Origin: Lama glama
Taxonomy: Eukaryota
Length of the DNA stretch: 64,000 nucleotides
Direction of reading: 5' to 3'
Assembly: GCA_028534125.1 (NCBI GenBank)
Contig: CM052818.1
Coordinates: 10,728,001-10,792,000, forward strand
Made by a program: the position numbers and the translations under genes. The notes beneath the pieces are model-generated. The model was not told the origin of the DNA and did no database searches. It saw only the letters and a list, made by a program, of their open reading frames with translations. Every line of letters starts with the position of its first letter. Position 1 is the stretch's first letter. Positions 25,141 through 39,084 of this stretch are shown in pieces.

Positions 25141-27212
25141 CACTCTAAAATTAACCACTTCATTCTTTTGGAAAGGTTTAAGAGATTCCTACAATTTCAG
25201 ACCTGGAAGAAACTTTTGATATCATGTAGTCTGGTGGTTTGTGACCCTTCTCCTCAGAGCACCAGGGTTTCTATGGAATTCCCCCAGGGGCACTCAGAAT
25301 ATTTGAGACTCTTTACCATTGCTCTCGCCTTTTCACCTAGAATAACTCAGAGTTTGTCACATTGTTTTCATTTTTTAAATGATCAGTTTTCATTTGAATT
25401 AAGAATTTTTACCTTAAAAAATTTAGAAACTTGATTCATATCAAGTACTTAGTTCAGAGCTAGGTAAAGAAGGTTAAGTTTCCTCATTCAAAGCCATCCA
25501 GTTTCCCAGCTGAGTAGCTGGACTAAGACATGTAAGCATGCTTGGCAGAATCATAACTTGCTGCCTTTGTTCCATGTTTAAATAGGGTAAAGGCACTGTG
25601 CTATGTAGGAGAAGGCAGGAGAAGGAGATTGTTGGGGCAGTTCTCAGTCCTTCTCTGTTATTCTGAACAATCCAGTTTTTGCTCCAAATTTACATCCTCT
25701 TTCAGCACAACTAGGCTGTGGTTGACCAGATTTGAACCTTCTTGGAGGCAACTTGTCAACTCTCTATTGTTACCATAGAATGCCTGCCTCACTTCTTCTC
25801 CAAACATCATTCCAGGGTTTAGCAAAGTATATTTAACTACCACATATAATTCTCTCCCCAGAGGAGCTCTAGAAAATAAAATTTTCTCCATCTTGTTATA
25901 TTTTCAGTTCCACTTGCATATGGCCACTAGTTGTGAATATGTAAGAATAGTGTATGGTGGTAGTGTAATTCTTCTGTTTTTCATGCTTTTTGAGCAACAG
26001 GAAGGAGCTTAAGTGAATAATGAATGAGACATGGGTACCCAGGAAGAACATGGGACACCATACATGATATCAAGCTAGACCTATAGAGAGGCTCGTTAAG
26101 GTTGGAGAATTTTCTGCAGAGAGAAAACAGCAGTCTTTGTTGGATACATTTCACTGCAGTTCTTAAAGAGAGTGAGCGAATCTGACCTACTTAACCTCTC
26201 ATAGTCTCTCAGAGCCCTAAGATTCCATCATTTGTAATAAATAATTTCTGATTCTGCATATGTTCTGTAGATATGATGAATTTTATTTTCTTTGGTACAA
26301 TTATATATATATATTTATATATGTAAATGTATTTTATTTTATTTATATATGTAAATACATAATATTTATGCATATATACACATATTTTTTATTAGTTGAT
26401 TGTATAAAAGTATGAAAAATGTGATAATATCCCTCAGAAGTTTGTAGGAGCAGCAATTTTCAATCCATTTAATATTATATCTAAATAGAAACAATCAGCT
26501 TGGAGGTTTTCTTGCTGACTGGTATATTGACATGATTGTGATACCTCCAGCTGGCTTTTTCACACTGAATGACAATTACACGCATGCCCCATGATACTTG
26601 ATGCTCACAGAGCATAAAGAGAAAGGAAAACAGTGATCTTAGGTCCATGAGGGAAGGCTATAACCACAGACAAAGTAAGCAAACAGAAACCCAGCTAATT
26701 GAAAGGGAGGGTAGTTAAAATTTAGCAATGTTGAATTGGGAATAGCATCAGTGTCAAAGGGAACTTGAATTTAACTGGATGATTAAAAAATAACAAAGCA
26801 GATTATTTCTTCCTCTGAATTTATGTTACCAAAATAATCCAAAGATTTTTTTTTTAACCTTGTGTCTTAAAAGGGAGCCATTGAATATACAGGTTTAGGG
26901 TGAGTTGTGTAAAAGCTATTATTTTCTAACACCAGAACTATATTTAATCTTTTTGCATGCTTTAACTGTTACATTATAGGTATGTAGCTTTGCAGTAGCA
27001 TGAACAGTAAGTAGTGCCTTCTGTTTGAATGTTCTAGGTATTTGATTTCTTTACTACCATGTAACTGCCTCCCCCACCCATAGTAATAATTCTTCTCATG
27101 TATAAGGTAACAAATAATGTGTACATATTATATTAAAAGTAAAAAATGAACAGTGACATATTAAGGCAAAAAATACTAAAAATCCTCCTTTGCATGCTTC
27201 TCAGAGGTACCT

Positions 27213-27430
27213 GGGAGCATAGTGGAGAGGTCTTGAACTGGGAATTCAGAAATCTTGGATTCGAGTATGCAGTCTGCCACTTACCATGTGATTTTGTCAA
27301 GTCTCTTTTCTTCTCTTAGCCTTCTTCCCACCAACGCTGTGTTCCCAGTCTGCACTATGAAGACAGGATCTAATCCCTCGGTTATTTTGAAATAATATGT
27401 AAGGAACCATTTGAAAAAAAAAGTGATATG
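27213..27430 (+). mobile_element. MIR SINE
   Basis: 'catagtggagagg...ggattcgagtatgcagtctgccacttaccatgtgattttgtcaagtc'. Confidence 0.65.
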
Positions 27431-27759
27431 CAAATGATATGGATGGTGATGTTTCCAGCTAGAAATTAATATTTCTTTAAATTATAATTCTTATATGGTA
27501 TTATATATTTTCTAAAGGTGAAGCATGACCAATAACCAACCGTGTTTTTGTGGAATAACAAGCACTTAATTACCGTTTTCACTTGAATTGGCAATGGGGA
27601 ACAGTGGAAACAGAGCTAAGAAGCCAAAATCAGTTAACTGCTATCAGCTAACAGAGCTTGTGTATGTTGCTTCACACCCCTGAGGCTTTACTTTTTTGTT
27701 TTTTAAATGCAAATACTCTGTTTCCTAGGTTCCTTTAAAATGTTAGGACTTGGTAAGTC

Positions 27760-28143
27760 TTTTTCCTCACTTATCCTATTGCCGTCTATCACCCTCTGCC
27801 CTCCTCCTTCACACAGACACCTCACTACCACTTTTTCCTTCTCCTGGCTAACTTTAGCAAGGTCTTTATAAGTCAGCTCGGATGTCATGTCTTTTAAGAA
27901 TTCTCCTCTAATTTCTCTTGGGAACTAGGGGCTGGCTTAACTAAGTCTTCTCGGTGTTATCTTAACACCTTATACCTACCTATATCATTGGACTCTGCTA
28001 TTTGGTTATAAAATATTTATGTGTCTTTTACTCCAACTACAATTTAAAACTCTTAAAGATACAGGTCATGTGCTACTCATCTGGGGACTGGCATTTAGTA
28101 GATTTTTAATAAATACTTCTTTACTGAGTGAATAAATGAATGA
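27760..28143 (+). mobile_element. L2 3' end
   Basis: Ends 'aataaatacttctttactgagtgaataaatgaatga'. Confidence 0.6.
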
Positions 28144-28239
28144 GTATATAATATATGAGAAGCTCCTTGAAAATAATAAAAGACAATGTGAAATATGGTA
28201 TTTTTCAAGTACAACTACAGAATGAAGACGCATTTATCT

Positions 28240-28440
28240 AGTGAAACAGTGCTATATTTGGAAATCAGTTATTGGGCCATCTCTAGTAATTTGGTGACTA
28301 ACTCCAGGAAGATCACTTAAGCTCTCAGCACTTAACTTACTATCCCAAAATGGGACAATCTGTATTTCCTATTGCCTGTCTCATTAAAAATGTCACAGAG
28401 GCCAAAATTAGAGCAATTACATGATGTCTGCTGATTTTTT
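28240..28440 (+). mobile_element. MIR SINE, diverged
   Basis: 'gatcacttaagctctcag...aaaatgggacaat'. Confidence 0.45.
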
Positions 28441-29314
28441 AAAAATGAAGGTGTGTTATGTATTCTTGGGGGATACATTAATACTTGTTCATAGTTAAAT
28501 TGCTTTATAGTCAAAATATTCCTGAAAAGTTTTCTCTAAACAATTTAAAATTAAATAACATTTAAATGGACTGAAGGGAACTTCTATTTAAAGCATATTT
28601 TTGATCTATACCAGTTTTGTAGAGTTCACAGTCCTTTTGAAGGGGAACAATTATTTGTAATTTGTTTTGTAATTTAGAATTGTTTTTGTTACATCAGTTT
28701 CTTAAAGCAGCACCCTTCTATATCCCTCTGACTTTATATTCTCTTCTGTTTGGTGAGCTATTGTTCACTGTCAGTGAAGATGAAATATCCCCAACTGAAG
28801 TGGCTTTATTGTCTTTGAGAATCTGAACTTTTGTTCACAAACACAACCTCTGTCCTGCAAACAGTAATTTTCAGAATTGCACAAACGTATTTGTGTCTTT
28901 GAGAAATATGCAAAGAAGTACTAAAGTGATGCTATCAGGAACTTTGGGAAATCTTATTCCTTAAACTTAGATAAAAGGTACATTACTTAATAATTCCCTA
29001 GAGAATTGGGGATGGTCTTTCTTTTTTTATTTTTTAACAGAATTTGTTTTCACTTGACCCCAGAGAGAGTAATAAATCCAGAGTCAGTTTCTTATGTAAT
29101 TATGATACCACTTGGCCCTACTTTCTTAGGACACTTCTCGTCCTTATCTGGGAAAGAATGTAATTTAGGCTTTGTGTACTCTGCGATTAAGAACACAAAC
29201 TACATAGTGTTTAAATTTCCTTGTTGTGAAGTTAATGTGGAACTGGGCTCCTTTTTAAGTGTCCCACTATGTGAAATTTTGTCTCGCGGAAACATGACAC
29301 CTCTGTCTTGATTG

Positions 29315-29535
29315 CTTTTTCTCTTTTTGAGTTTCAACTTTATTGAAGTATACTGTGTGTACAATAAATTGTACCCATGTAAAATCTATGTAGCCACTAC
29401 CACAGTCAAGGAACAGGGACATTTCCAGCCACCCCAAAAGATCCCTCATGCCTCTTTCCAGTCATTTCCCATTCCATTCCAGCGCTAGGCAACCGTGGAT
29501 CTGCTTTCTGTCATCATGGATCAATTTGCATGCCT
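29315..29535 (-). mobile_element. Short 5'-truncated L1M 3' end
   Basis: 'caactttattgaagtata...aaattgtaccc', 'catttccagccaccccaaaagatccctcatgcc', 'ggcaaccgtggatctgctttctgtc'. Confidence 0.8.
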
Positions 29536-31787
29536 GTCTTGTTTTGAGCCCACCTTCTTGTGATTGAGTTCTTTTATGGGGGAGATAAACTATATGGTTG
29601 GGAGGAAGGGGAAGGCTGAGCTGAGGCATTTATTAAAATACATCTCTTCAGATCTGATACACACTAAATTTTTGTGGAAGTAAGTTTTATCTAAAGTCAT
29701 AGGCTGGTAGTTAGTTACCTTTAGAAAATGGTTAACCGAGAACAACAAAATTGGAATGAGATTTACATCTGGGCCATTTAATTCAGAAACATCTAGGAGG
29801 AAGTTTGGGGTTTGCAGCTGCTCTGATCAAAGTGCCATTCTTCATATGAACTTGGTCCTATGCTTTTAGCTGTCACTAAGCTAAATGGGGCTCTAATATT
29901 TATTTTTTTTACGTGTTCCCCGTTCAGAAATGAGGTGGTGGTTGTCCTTTGACTGTGCAAACTTATGGGATATAAACTCTTATTTTTAAGAGTGCAGAAC
30001 TTTCTTGAAAGTGGTCGAGGGACAGGGCCAAGACTGCTCACCTCCATTTGGCCTCAGCGTAATAGTTCTGACCAGTGGACATTTGACTTTATATGGCCAG
30101 AAGTCAAGTACTATTGGTGAGATGTTTGCAAAAGGATTGGCATGAAATTGCCTGACTAGTACTTTATGTTTGTGCCATAGCCCCAAAATAAACATTCCAT
30201 TTCTTTCTCTAAATATATTTGTGTCCTGGATAGCCAGCTGACAACTATTGTCTTTTTTGGCTTTTCCAGTTAAATAGCAATTGTTCTGGATAAAGGAATG
30301 GCACTGTTTAAAATGCTTTCACTCTAAGAATCTTCTGGATAGGAAGGAAAATAGATTTCCAGTCTTAAGAATCAAATGGCCCTATTCAGTGTCAGTCTTA
30401 TGACTCCCCTCCCCCAAGGTTAAAATTTTGTTAAATTGGGCTCTACCCTGTTCCAGAGTAAAGCCGGGAAGCTCCTGTATCAGGACTGCCCTAGACACAC
30501 TTACTTTTCCAGCTTGTAGAAGTACCTTTTTCTTCATAAGCTTTAGTGGAAGAAGTGATACTTAACCTTTGGATGACCAGGGTCTTTTATTCTTTTTAAG
30601 GAGGTTTAATTAATCCATCTCTTTTCCGTGTACCCTATTGTTTAGAAATTCCTTTGCCATCATTTACTTAAAGCAGTAAGTCAGATTTTTGCTCTCTCTC
30701 CTCTCTTTTATTCTTCCATAGGCGAGAACTGTAGTTTTATATGCAGATTATTGAGAGAGGAAACATAATATCTGAAGAGGTGACTTTCTTAAAAGGCACC
30801 AGTAGCATTAGTGTCATGTCTGAAGCACCCATTTGTGTCAACTGTACAGACCTTTCAATGGAAAATTGTGCCGTGCTACCTTTTAAAGTATGAAATGCTA
30901 ATTTGGGATTTACAGTTTTTGAACTGGAGGGCTGCATTTTGCATGGGATTTTGTTTAATTTCCCAGTGAAAAAAGGCATTTGAAACACAACTGCCTACAG
31001 CCAACTGTCAACAAAAATCAGCTGTAATAGCACAGAGCCTGTCACTGATGTATGTGGTGATGTGGTAATCTTCTCAATTTAGCTGGGTATTTCTTCTTCA
31101 TACAAAATAGCTGAAAGTCTTGCTAGGCATTTATGAATATCGGGAGGTATTATTAGGCTGATAATGGGTCCAGATTAAGGAAGTGTACATTGGTTCAAAG
31201 TGTCAGTTAAAGAGACACAAAATGGGACAATGCTTGGCCCTTGATATAAGGGAATCTTTGTATTTCAGGTTTGCTTAAGATTTGGGCGATGGCATGCTGA
31301 GTTCCATCTGCCGTGAAAGTGGCTTTCTGGGGAAAAAAATAAAGTTGTTATGCAATTTTTTCCCCCAGAAATATGTTTTTGTTTATCAAGAGGGTGAAAT
31401 AAAAAATCTCTAAAAAAGGAAGTGAGGAGGGCAGACTAGGGAAATTTTTTGGGGTGAGACTGGTCATTGTTCTTTTCTCTGACACCGAGAACCAGTGGTT
31501 GAGGTTTTCCCTCTGTCATGACTCTGAGAGCTGGGAGAAGAGAATTATTTTGGAGTCTGTATTTTAATAGTGGGACCCCCTTGTATTCAAAATAACTGGC
31601 AAATGGAAGGCAGAAAATAAAGCAGCATATAACCTATTCTTTGGCAAGGCATAAAGTTGGCATGTATTATTGGCTGTCATCAAAACATGACATTAGTGAA
31701 GCTTCTCATATCAAAAGGGGATTTAGAATCAAATGGCACTTTATGTTACCAGTTACTATTTTTAATTTAGTATTTAAAGTGAGCCAT

Positions 31788-31985
31788 ATTCAGATCTGGC
31801 CCCACCATTTACTAGCTCCAGGTAGCCCAGCTCTCTGTGATTTAGTTTCTTCATCTCAAAATTGGATTAATAATCATGTCTACCTCATAGGGGTTTTGTG
31901 AGAATTAAATTACTTAATAGAGGTAAAGAGCTTAGAACACTGCTTGACATGTAATAAGCAGCATATGATTAGTTATTATCATCAT
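31788..31985 (+). mobile_element. MIR SINE
   Basis: 'tagtttcttcatctcaaaattggattaataat...tacctcataggggttttgtgagaattaaat...gcttagaacactgcttgacatgtaataagc'. Confidence 0.8.
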
Positions 31986-32229
31986 CATCAAGCAACATAT
32001 TCACTATTGTTCAAGTACTCACGTCAAAAGGATGGAAAGTGGAATGTACTAGCACACATACTACATCACCTGTTGTGAAAGGTGTATTCATTTTTCTTAA
32101 TTGTTACGTTTTTATATATAGATGGAAACAGAAGTGAGCCGCAGTATCTACACTACATGGAATATGTTCTAAGACACATATAAATAGCACCATGGCTAAT
32201 AGGAACTTGACAATGCCCTGCCTGTTTTG

Positions 32230-32780
32230 TGAACTGCCTGCCCCCTGCTCCTTTCTCTGAAGCTCTGTTCTTCTTCAGCCCCTGCTTCCCTCATGACCAT
32301 GATCTGTTCTCTTACCTGCTTGTCTTGGCCAATGATGATAGACTGGGAATGGACCTCTGATGGAGGGGCCTGGCTCCAGATAGGCATGCCAGTGACAAGT
32401 CTTGGTACACCCCTAAGAAAAGCTAGATTAAGCCAATCTTATTCCTTTCTCTGCAGTTCTGAATTGTGTACTGAGGTACCACCATTGTTCATTATCAAGA
32501 GGTTCCCAAATTTAAAAACTAGGGGATGAAAAGTTGGGTAGGGTTAGATGTGGCTTTGACAGTTAGGCACAAAGTAAAGCTGTGATGAAACAATAGAGCA
32601 GAGAGAAAAGCTGCAATACTGTGTCAGAGAATCTCTGAGTCTGCATGTTTTTCTGTGTTTCCTGAACTCTCACGCCTGGTTCTGCAGTTTTTCCAGATCC
32701 CATGAGACCTCTTTCTGTCCCAACAACAAACTTCCCTTCCTCTCGACTTCCCACTACTGTGAGAGTGTTTCTGTTCCAAT
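32230..32780 (+). mobile_element. Possible old MaLR/ERVL LTR remnant
   Basis: 3'-LTR-like 'aacaaacttcccttcc...gagtgtttctgttcc'; family not assignable. Confidence 0.3.
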
Positions 32781-34654
32781 TAGGGTGCAGAGGGTCTAAG
32801 GTTTCATGTGTAGGTAGGAAGTAAAATTTTCTGGAGCTGGTAAAAAACACTGAATATAACAGAATTAAAATAAACCTGAAAAAATGGTCAGTGAGGCAAA
32901 TTTTTATTTTTCCATATTCAAAGTCTTAGGAATAAAGGGGTGGTAGAAATAAGGGAATGGACAATTATCTCTAGATTCTAGTGGACTGACAAGGTCTCTG
33001 CACATCTGGTGATTACTTTTTAATAAAGTAGATAGATAATCAAGAAGTAAATGTAAATAAACATAGTAACATGGTAATTATAGAATAAGAAGACTTTTAT
33101 GAAGAAAATAAGTAGTAAAATTAAAAAAATCCATTGGAGGTTGGGTGAAGTGTGTTCCTTAGCACCAAATTGTTTTTCTGGGTTAGCTGTCAGTGATCTC
33201 TGACCTTAAGAGCTTAATCCATCCCCTTCTTCTGCCTTGGCCAATGATGAAGGACTTAAGATGGATCTCTGATGGAAAAATGTGGCCCAAGACAGACATA
33301 GATATAGATACAGATGTATACTAAATAAACATATACTCCACTCCTAAAAAGACATAAAGTTTTTATCTCAGAGATGATATCAAAATCATCAATATATGGT
33401 TGAGTTTTTTTCTCTATTTGAAATGGATTTGAGTGGTGGATAATGGAATAACAATTTAATGAGCCTGCTTTCTGCTAGGCAATGTGCAAGAAGTTTTCCA
33501 CAATTTTCTGATTTAGTAGACAAAGCCACCCACTCTCGCCTTGTAATTATTGGCATTTATGTGCGGCAACTACCTGAGATTCAGGCTTCTGTCTGGATGT
33601 GAGTGAAAGTATTTTTCTCTGGACCAAAGGGTGCTTTAATCTGTTGCCTTTTTCTTCTAGCATCAAGTTCTAGCCTGAATACAGACTTTTAATGAGCAAT
33701 CCATATGTAAATAATTAGTATAAAAGAGAAATTAACTATCATTACCTATCATTACTCAGTTGCTTTTTTTTCTTTTTCGAAATGATATGCTATTCCATTT
33801 TAAGCTTTCCAACTATTTTGATGGAGATCCAAGTTGGAGAAAAGTGGTTTTTGTTTTTGTTCTCATTATTACTTCCTGTCAGAACTTGCACAGTTAATTT
33901 CCAGAGGTAGACATCACCTTGAGTACTCATGATTGAAAGTAGAGAGATTGCTGTTCTGTCCCTTCAAGATCACTGAATATCCAGAAATAGACCTCCCACA
34001 GGGTACCAGACCCATACTTGTAAAAGCAGTGAGGAACCTAGAGCATTGGAAAGGGAACGCACCATGTACAAGGCTGCAGTTACGAAGCAACAGAATTAAT
34101 TGAGCCCTCTTGAGTCCTTCCCAGGATGCCAGACAAGCAATCTCAGCAGGAAGTTGTTTTTTTTTTCTTCAGGGATTTTATTTAAAAAGACTAATTAGAC
34201 AGATACAAGCAAACTGACAAGTAAGCCTTTGAATGGAGAAGTGAGGCCAGGAGCACAATGGGCTGCTTCTCCAGAAGGTGAGTGTTGGCTGCTTCAGATG
34301 TTTCTCAGGGCTGCTCACCTTGACATCCAGATGGATCCTTCAGTGATGATATTCTTAGTTCTTCTTTACTGTGCAATTTTTGTTCAAATTTTATTCAGTA
34401 AGTATGGTGAGAAGGAAACATAATCACCAACTCGCCCATTGTCCATCAGAAATGGCATGTCATGAAATAATTATGTCAGGCTTTATTTAAAGCACTAAAA
34501 ATTGCTTATATATATATTTTCTGATAGTTTTATTTTATCCCAATGAGAAAATGTACACCTACTTCTCTCCATAGAGTTAGAGTTAGGCCTGGGAAGAGTA
34601 TGAGACCAGTATGCATCTTTCTTCTCATGGGCTCAGTATTTTCTGATGTCTGTC

Positions 34655-34830
34655 ATATACTCTTTCAGTAAGTGCTGATCTAGAAACCCCAGAGATGCAG
34701 CAGTAAAAAGACAGGCAAGGTCTTTGCTTTCATGAGAGTACATTCTAGTGAGGGAGACAAATCATCAAGTAAATACAGATAAACAAGGTAATTATAAATT
34801 GTGGTATTAAGAAACAAAGAGTAGAATTAG
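34655..34830 (-). mobile_element. L2 fragment
   Basis: 'agatgcagcagtaaaaagacaggcaaggtctttgctttcatgagagtacattctagtgagggagaca'. Confidence 0.7.
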
Positions 34831-36204
34831 GGTTTCTTAAGAGTTTATGCAACTGGTGCTAAAGGCCATCCCCTCTTAACACCAACCCTCTAACATACTT
34901 TCTTAGTTTTGAAAGTGCACGCTGCCTTTTTTTTTTCAGTTTTACGTACACAGCTTGAAGTAATTGCAACTTCAAGCCTTTCTGTCCGATCCAAACAAAT
35001 TCTTATCCCTAAGTCTCTCCTATATAAACATTTTAGGCCTGCCAATAAGCCCAGTATTGAACAATTTCCTTGGCAGAAAAGACATAAGACACAAGTTCTA
35101 CATTATCAAAGCTTGGAACCCCAAAAATACAAGTAACTGAGTGGCGGTTATTTGCATACACATCTGTCTTCCTTATTTGGCCTCCTTGAAGGTAGACAGT
35201 AACCTGTTTTTTTTTCTTTCTTTCAGGGAGGGGATCTCCTGTGGTACTTAGCATCATGCCATGCACATAGTAGGAACTCAGTATATTGTTCATGGAATTA
35301 AATTGAAGTAGCAAAAACCACAGGCACTTGCCAAAGGTATTAGCACATGCATGTTTGAAGAAAATTGACAATTAAGATAAAAACGTCAGTATTCACATAG
35401 ATTTTGGCTAAGCAGATACATTTCCTTACTGGTGAACATAAGGCTTTTCAGACCAGTGAATCTGGTATCCTGCAATCTCTTGCCAACAAGGCATGGCAGG
35501 GACAGAGGAAAAGGAGTGTGGGCTGAATGCAGACTTTGGCAAATGTTTGGCACTTGAATCTCTCTTGCCAGAGTCATCAGCTCTTGGTCTGCTCAGTAGG
35601 AGGTATGAGAGATAAACTGAGAAGTCCTAGGGTAAGATCTCCCTATGGAGATGCTGAGGCTGTTTCCGTTCTGGCTTGAGGTTTGTGAGAAGGCTGCACT
35701 GCCTGCCCCTTCTGAGTGATTTCAGGCTGCTTCTCCTCTGAGTCCTCTTTTCAGAGACCTGATTCAAATGATCCCTTTGTTGAGACCTTAATGATGCGCA
35801 AGCGCTTTACGTAGAGCTGGGAATACAAAAACGGATAATCAAGATCCTTGCCCTTAGGTAGCTGCTATTCCAGATCATTGAAGAGAAAGGACTTAGTGTG
35901 TAATCAGTAAAGTAACACCAGCAGTGATATTCACCCTGCCCTGAGAGTTCACCTTTGTACAACCACAGACGCACATGAGTACTTTCCATGTAGTATATGT
36001 CAGAGTAATTGCTTCAGGCCGCACATTTTGGTAGTGGGACTTAGGGATGGTTTCAGGCTATGGCAGGGAGCAGGTTATAGGGCAAGGACCAGGAAAGGCA
36101 ACTGGTATGGAACAGGCATGTGATTTTACTAGCTGACCTGGGTTTTACAGAACCAAATCCTTCCATGATATAAATTCCTATGAAATGAACAGCAGGAATA
36201 CAAA

Positions 36205-36435
36205 ATTCATTCAATCATTCATTTATTCTTCATTCCAGAAATGATTGTTGAGTATCTACTATGTGCTAGGGACTAGGGATACCACAGAAGGATTAAAAAG
36301 AAAGATGTAACCTACTGAGGAAATAGACATTAATCAGATAGTTCCACAAATGTAGAATTGCAACTATGACAAGGGCTAACCTACTTGGTGCTGTGAGATA
36401 CTATAATAGGGGCATTTAATCTGTTAAGGAAAGCT
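36205..36435 (-). mobile_element. L2 3' end
   Basis: 'ttcattcaatcattcatttattc...ttgagtatctactatgtgctagggactagggatac'. Confidence 0.75.
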
Positions 36436-36607
36436 TTCTTTTTAACTTACCTGGTTTTGCTCGTGTAATACTTTTTGGGTTTTGGGTGGGGAGAGTCAGT
36501 TTACCCTCCACTTTATGTTTCCCAAAGATCAGTCTTTGCATCAGTCTATGAATGAGTGCATGTGATTTAAATAAATGGGTCTGCCTTTTCATCTCTTTAC
36601 TTTTAAT

Positions 36608-36675
36608 TCTATCTACCTACCTACCTACCTACCTATCTACCTACCTGCCTACTTACCTACATACCTATCTGTCTA
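36608..36675. repeat. (CTAC)n/(CTAT)n tetranucleotide microsatellite
   Basis: Direct reading. Confidence 0.9.
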
Positions 36676-36897
36676 TTTATTTACACACCATAGAACTATT
36701 TTTAATGTAACTGTGTTTCTCATCATCTTTGGGAGACTGTGGAAATTGCACTGAAAATGCAGTTTCTTCAGTTACTCACCACACATGGGAGGATGTTTCC
36801 AATGAGCTGGAAAACAGAGCTGAGTGACATATCACAAAACTTAGCTTTTATGTTAAATAGTCCTATTTTGAATTGGGGTATATTAAAATAGATGCAC

Positions 36898-37140
36898 TGG
36901 AGGCAGTATGGTATGTGAGAAGAGTAAGGATTTAGAGTCAAGAGGCTCCACCATTTGTCCATGGGAAGCCTTGATTGATTTCTGCGTCTTCCCTGAGCCT
37001 CAGTGACTCCATCTGCAAGGTGAGGGTTATAAAAGCCACCTCAGAGTTTTTTTTTGGTGAGGGTTAAGACAGAATATTTGAAGGAATATTTGAATAGTAC
37101 CTTGCATTAATTAGTAGAGGTTCAAGAAGTATTTGTTTCC
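36898..37140 (+). mobile_element. MIR SINE
   Basis: 'gaggcagtatggtatgtgaga...tagagtcaaga', 'ccctgagcctcagtgactccatctgcaagg'. Confidence 0.75.
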
Positions 37141-39084
37141 TTCCCTACATTCAAGTTCGTGGGCCCCTTTATCATAGGTTTACATGGAGACACCCTGCTG
37201 AATTCAAAGAGGGTTTCCTCTACCATAGAAAGGGAAATTGAGAAAATTCAAAAGGGATTCCCATCTCAGCCTAGGGGAGATGAGAGGTCCCTACCCCAGT
37301 TTATAACAAGATTCCATACAAGAGGGGATGGAAGATGAATGTGCATTAAAGTGATTAAAAATACGAGCAGACTCTGTGAGTGTTATGCACAGATGAGTTA
37401 ATTGTTTCGCCTTAAATATATTTCCTGAAGAACAGAAGCCCGATCACAGCACACATCGTTATGTATTTTAGACAAACAGCACTTTGAATCAGATTATAGT
37501 AGATGCATAAAATATTAAAATAAGACATTTATAACAAATCTTTCTAACTTAGTGCTCAGCTCTAAAATAGATTTATATGGGGATAAGCAATAGGTGCGAT
37601 AAATGTGGTACAGATACCACAATTTAAATTGCAAATCAGAGGGGCATCATGGGAAGAAGGACTGCAGACTTGAAGTACAGAGAGAAAAGCTCCAGCTATG
37701 CAATATTTTTAGTCCTTCTGCCTGACTTCGTTTTGCAATGTCTGTATCTGGGCTCCACATTTGATACATCCAATATTTGCTCCCTAATAGAGTTTTTTTA
37801 CACTCCCCCTTTAAGTGATCTAATTAAAACTTTCATTTATTGTTCTTATTGTTTATTGTTGAGTTGTTGCCAATATACAGTTCCCTGGAGTCCTCAAGTT
37901 ATTTTAGTTAGTTGTGAGATTTTGGAAGAATGTTATTCTCAGTTAACAAAATAGGCAAATGAAATGGGGAACGATATCCCTGCACGTGCTGGAGTGCTGC
38001 CTACTTCCCCAGATCACCTTGCACTCTTTCCTCCCCCGTGGTTTGTTGGACAATGTGTGGTGAATGTGTCGACAACTTGTCTCCAGAAATGATCCCTGCC
38101 AGAGGATATTAAACTTGTTTCATTTATTTTGAAGAACTTTGGGGCTATCAAGTTGAATGACTCCAGAGCTGAATGTTTCTAGGCTAGCTGGCCTGCTAGA
38201 ATTCAGAAGGACTCCTCTGCATCAGAACCCCTTGGAAGAAGTCTAAGGGGTGGAACTGTACCTTAGGACTTTCATGGTATCTAGTTCTTGTTGGGAAAGT
38301 AGATCCTTTGCTCCCAGCGTCACTGGATATAGATGAACAGCTACGACTTACCCAGCAACTATTTTCAAGGCTGGAGGCTTCTGAACGGAGATGGGGAGGG
38401 GCAATCACAAAGGGTTATTGACAGTGTTTCCGGGTACTGATAACTAAACAGATCTCTTTTAGCTAAAATTGTACATGCAGCTACAGAATTGAAACCTCTC
38501 TCCTCACTGAGAGGGAAAGTTGTTTTACTTGGAAACTTTTTTTCTTTGCCTGATCTATATGCTGGAAATTTTTCTTCCTATTGAGTATCTGCAATATCAG
38601 CTTTCCTTTACAGAGAACGTCCGCATGGCTGTAGTTCATTTTCTTATAATATATTGTATTGAGTTTTTAATTCTTGGGTTCCTGGTGCAATTAACTCACC
38701 TACCTCTTTCCTACTTGGCTTACCATAATTTTTCCAATACTTTTTTAGAAGTTGTGTTAAAAATAATAAAGGAATAAATAAGTGAAGTCATATTCAAGAT
38801 TTTAAGGTGGTAAAATTCAACCATGTTAGCCGACTATGCCAGAAGAGAAAGTCCTGGCTATATTCCTGCTGTAAAATTGAGTCCATGATAATATATCTGT
38901 CAGTGCTTACCTCTATGTAGGTCAGTACAATTAGGATAGCCCTTAGAGAGAAAGAAACTAAATATATGTAATTAAATATATGTATAAAGATTGTTTCTGG
39001 AAATGAGGTACCAATATGGGTTCTCAATAGTCTGTTCCAATAAAAGCCAAGGGTAACCTTAAAACAGAGATATAAAGAGTTAGA

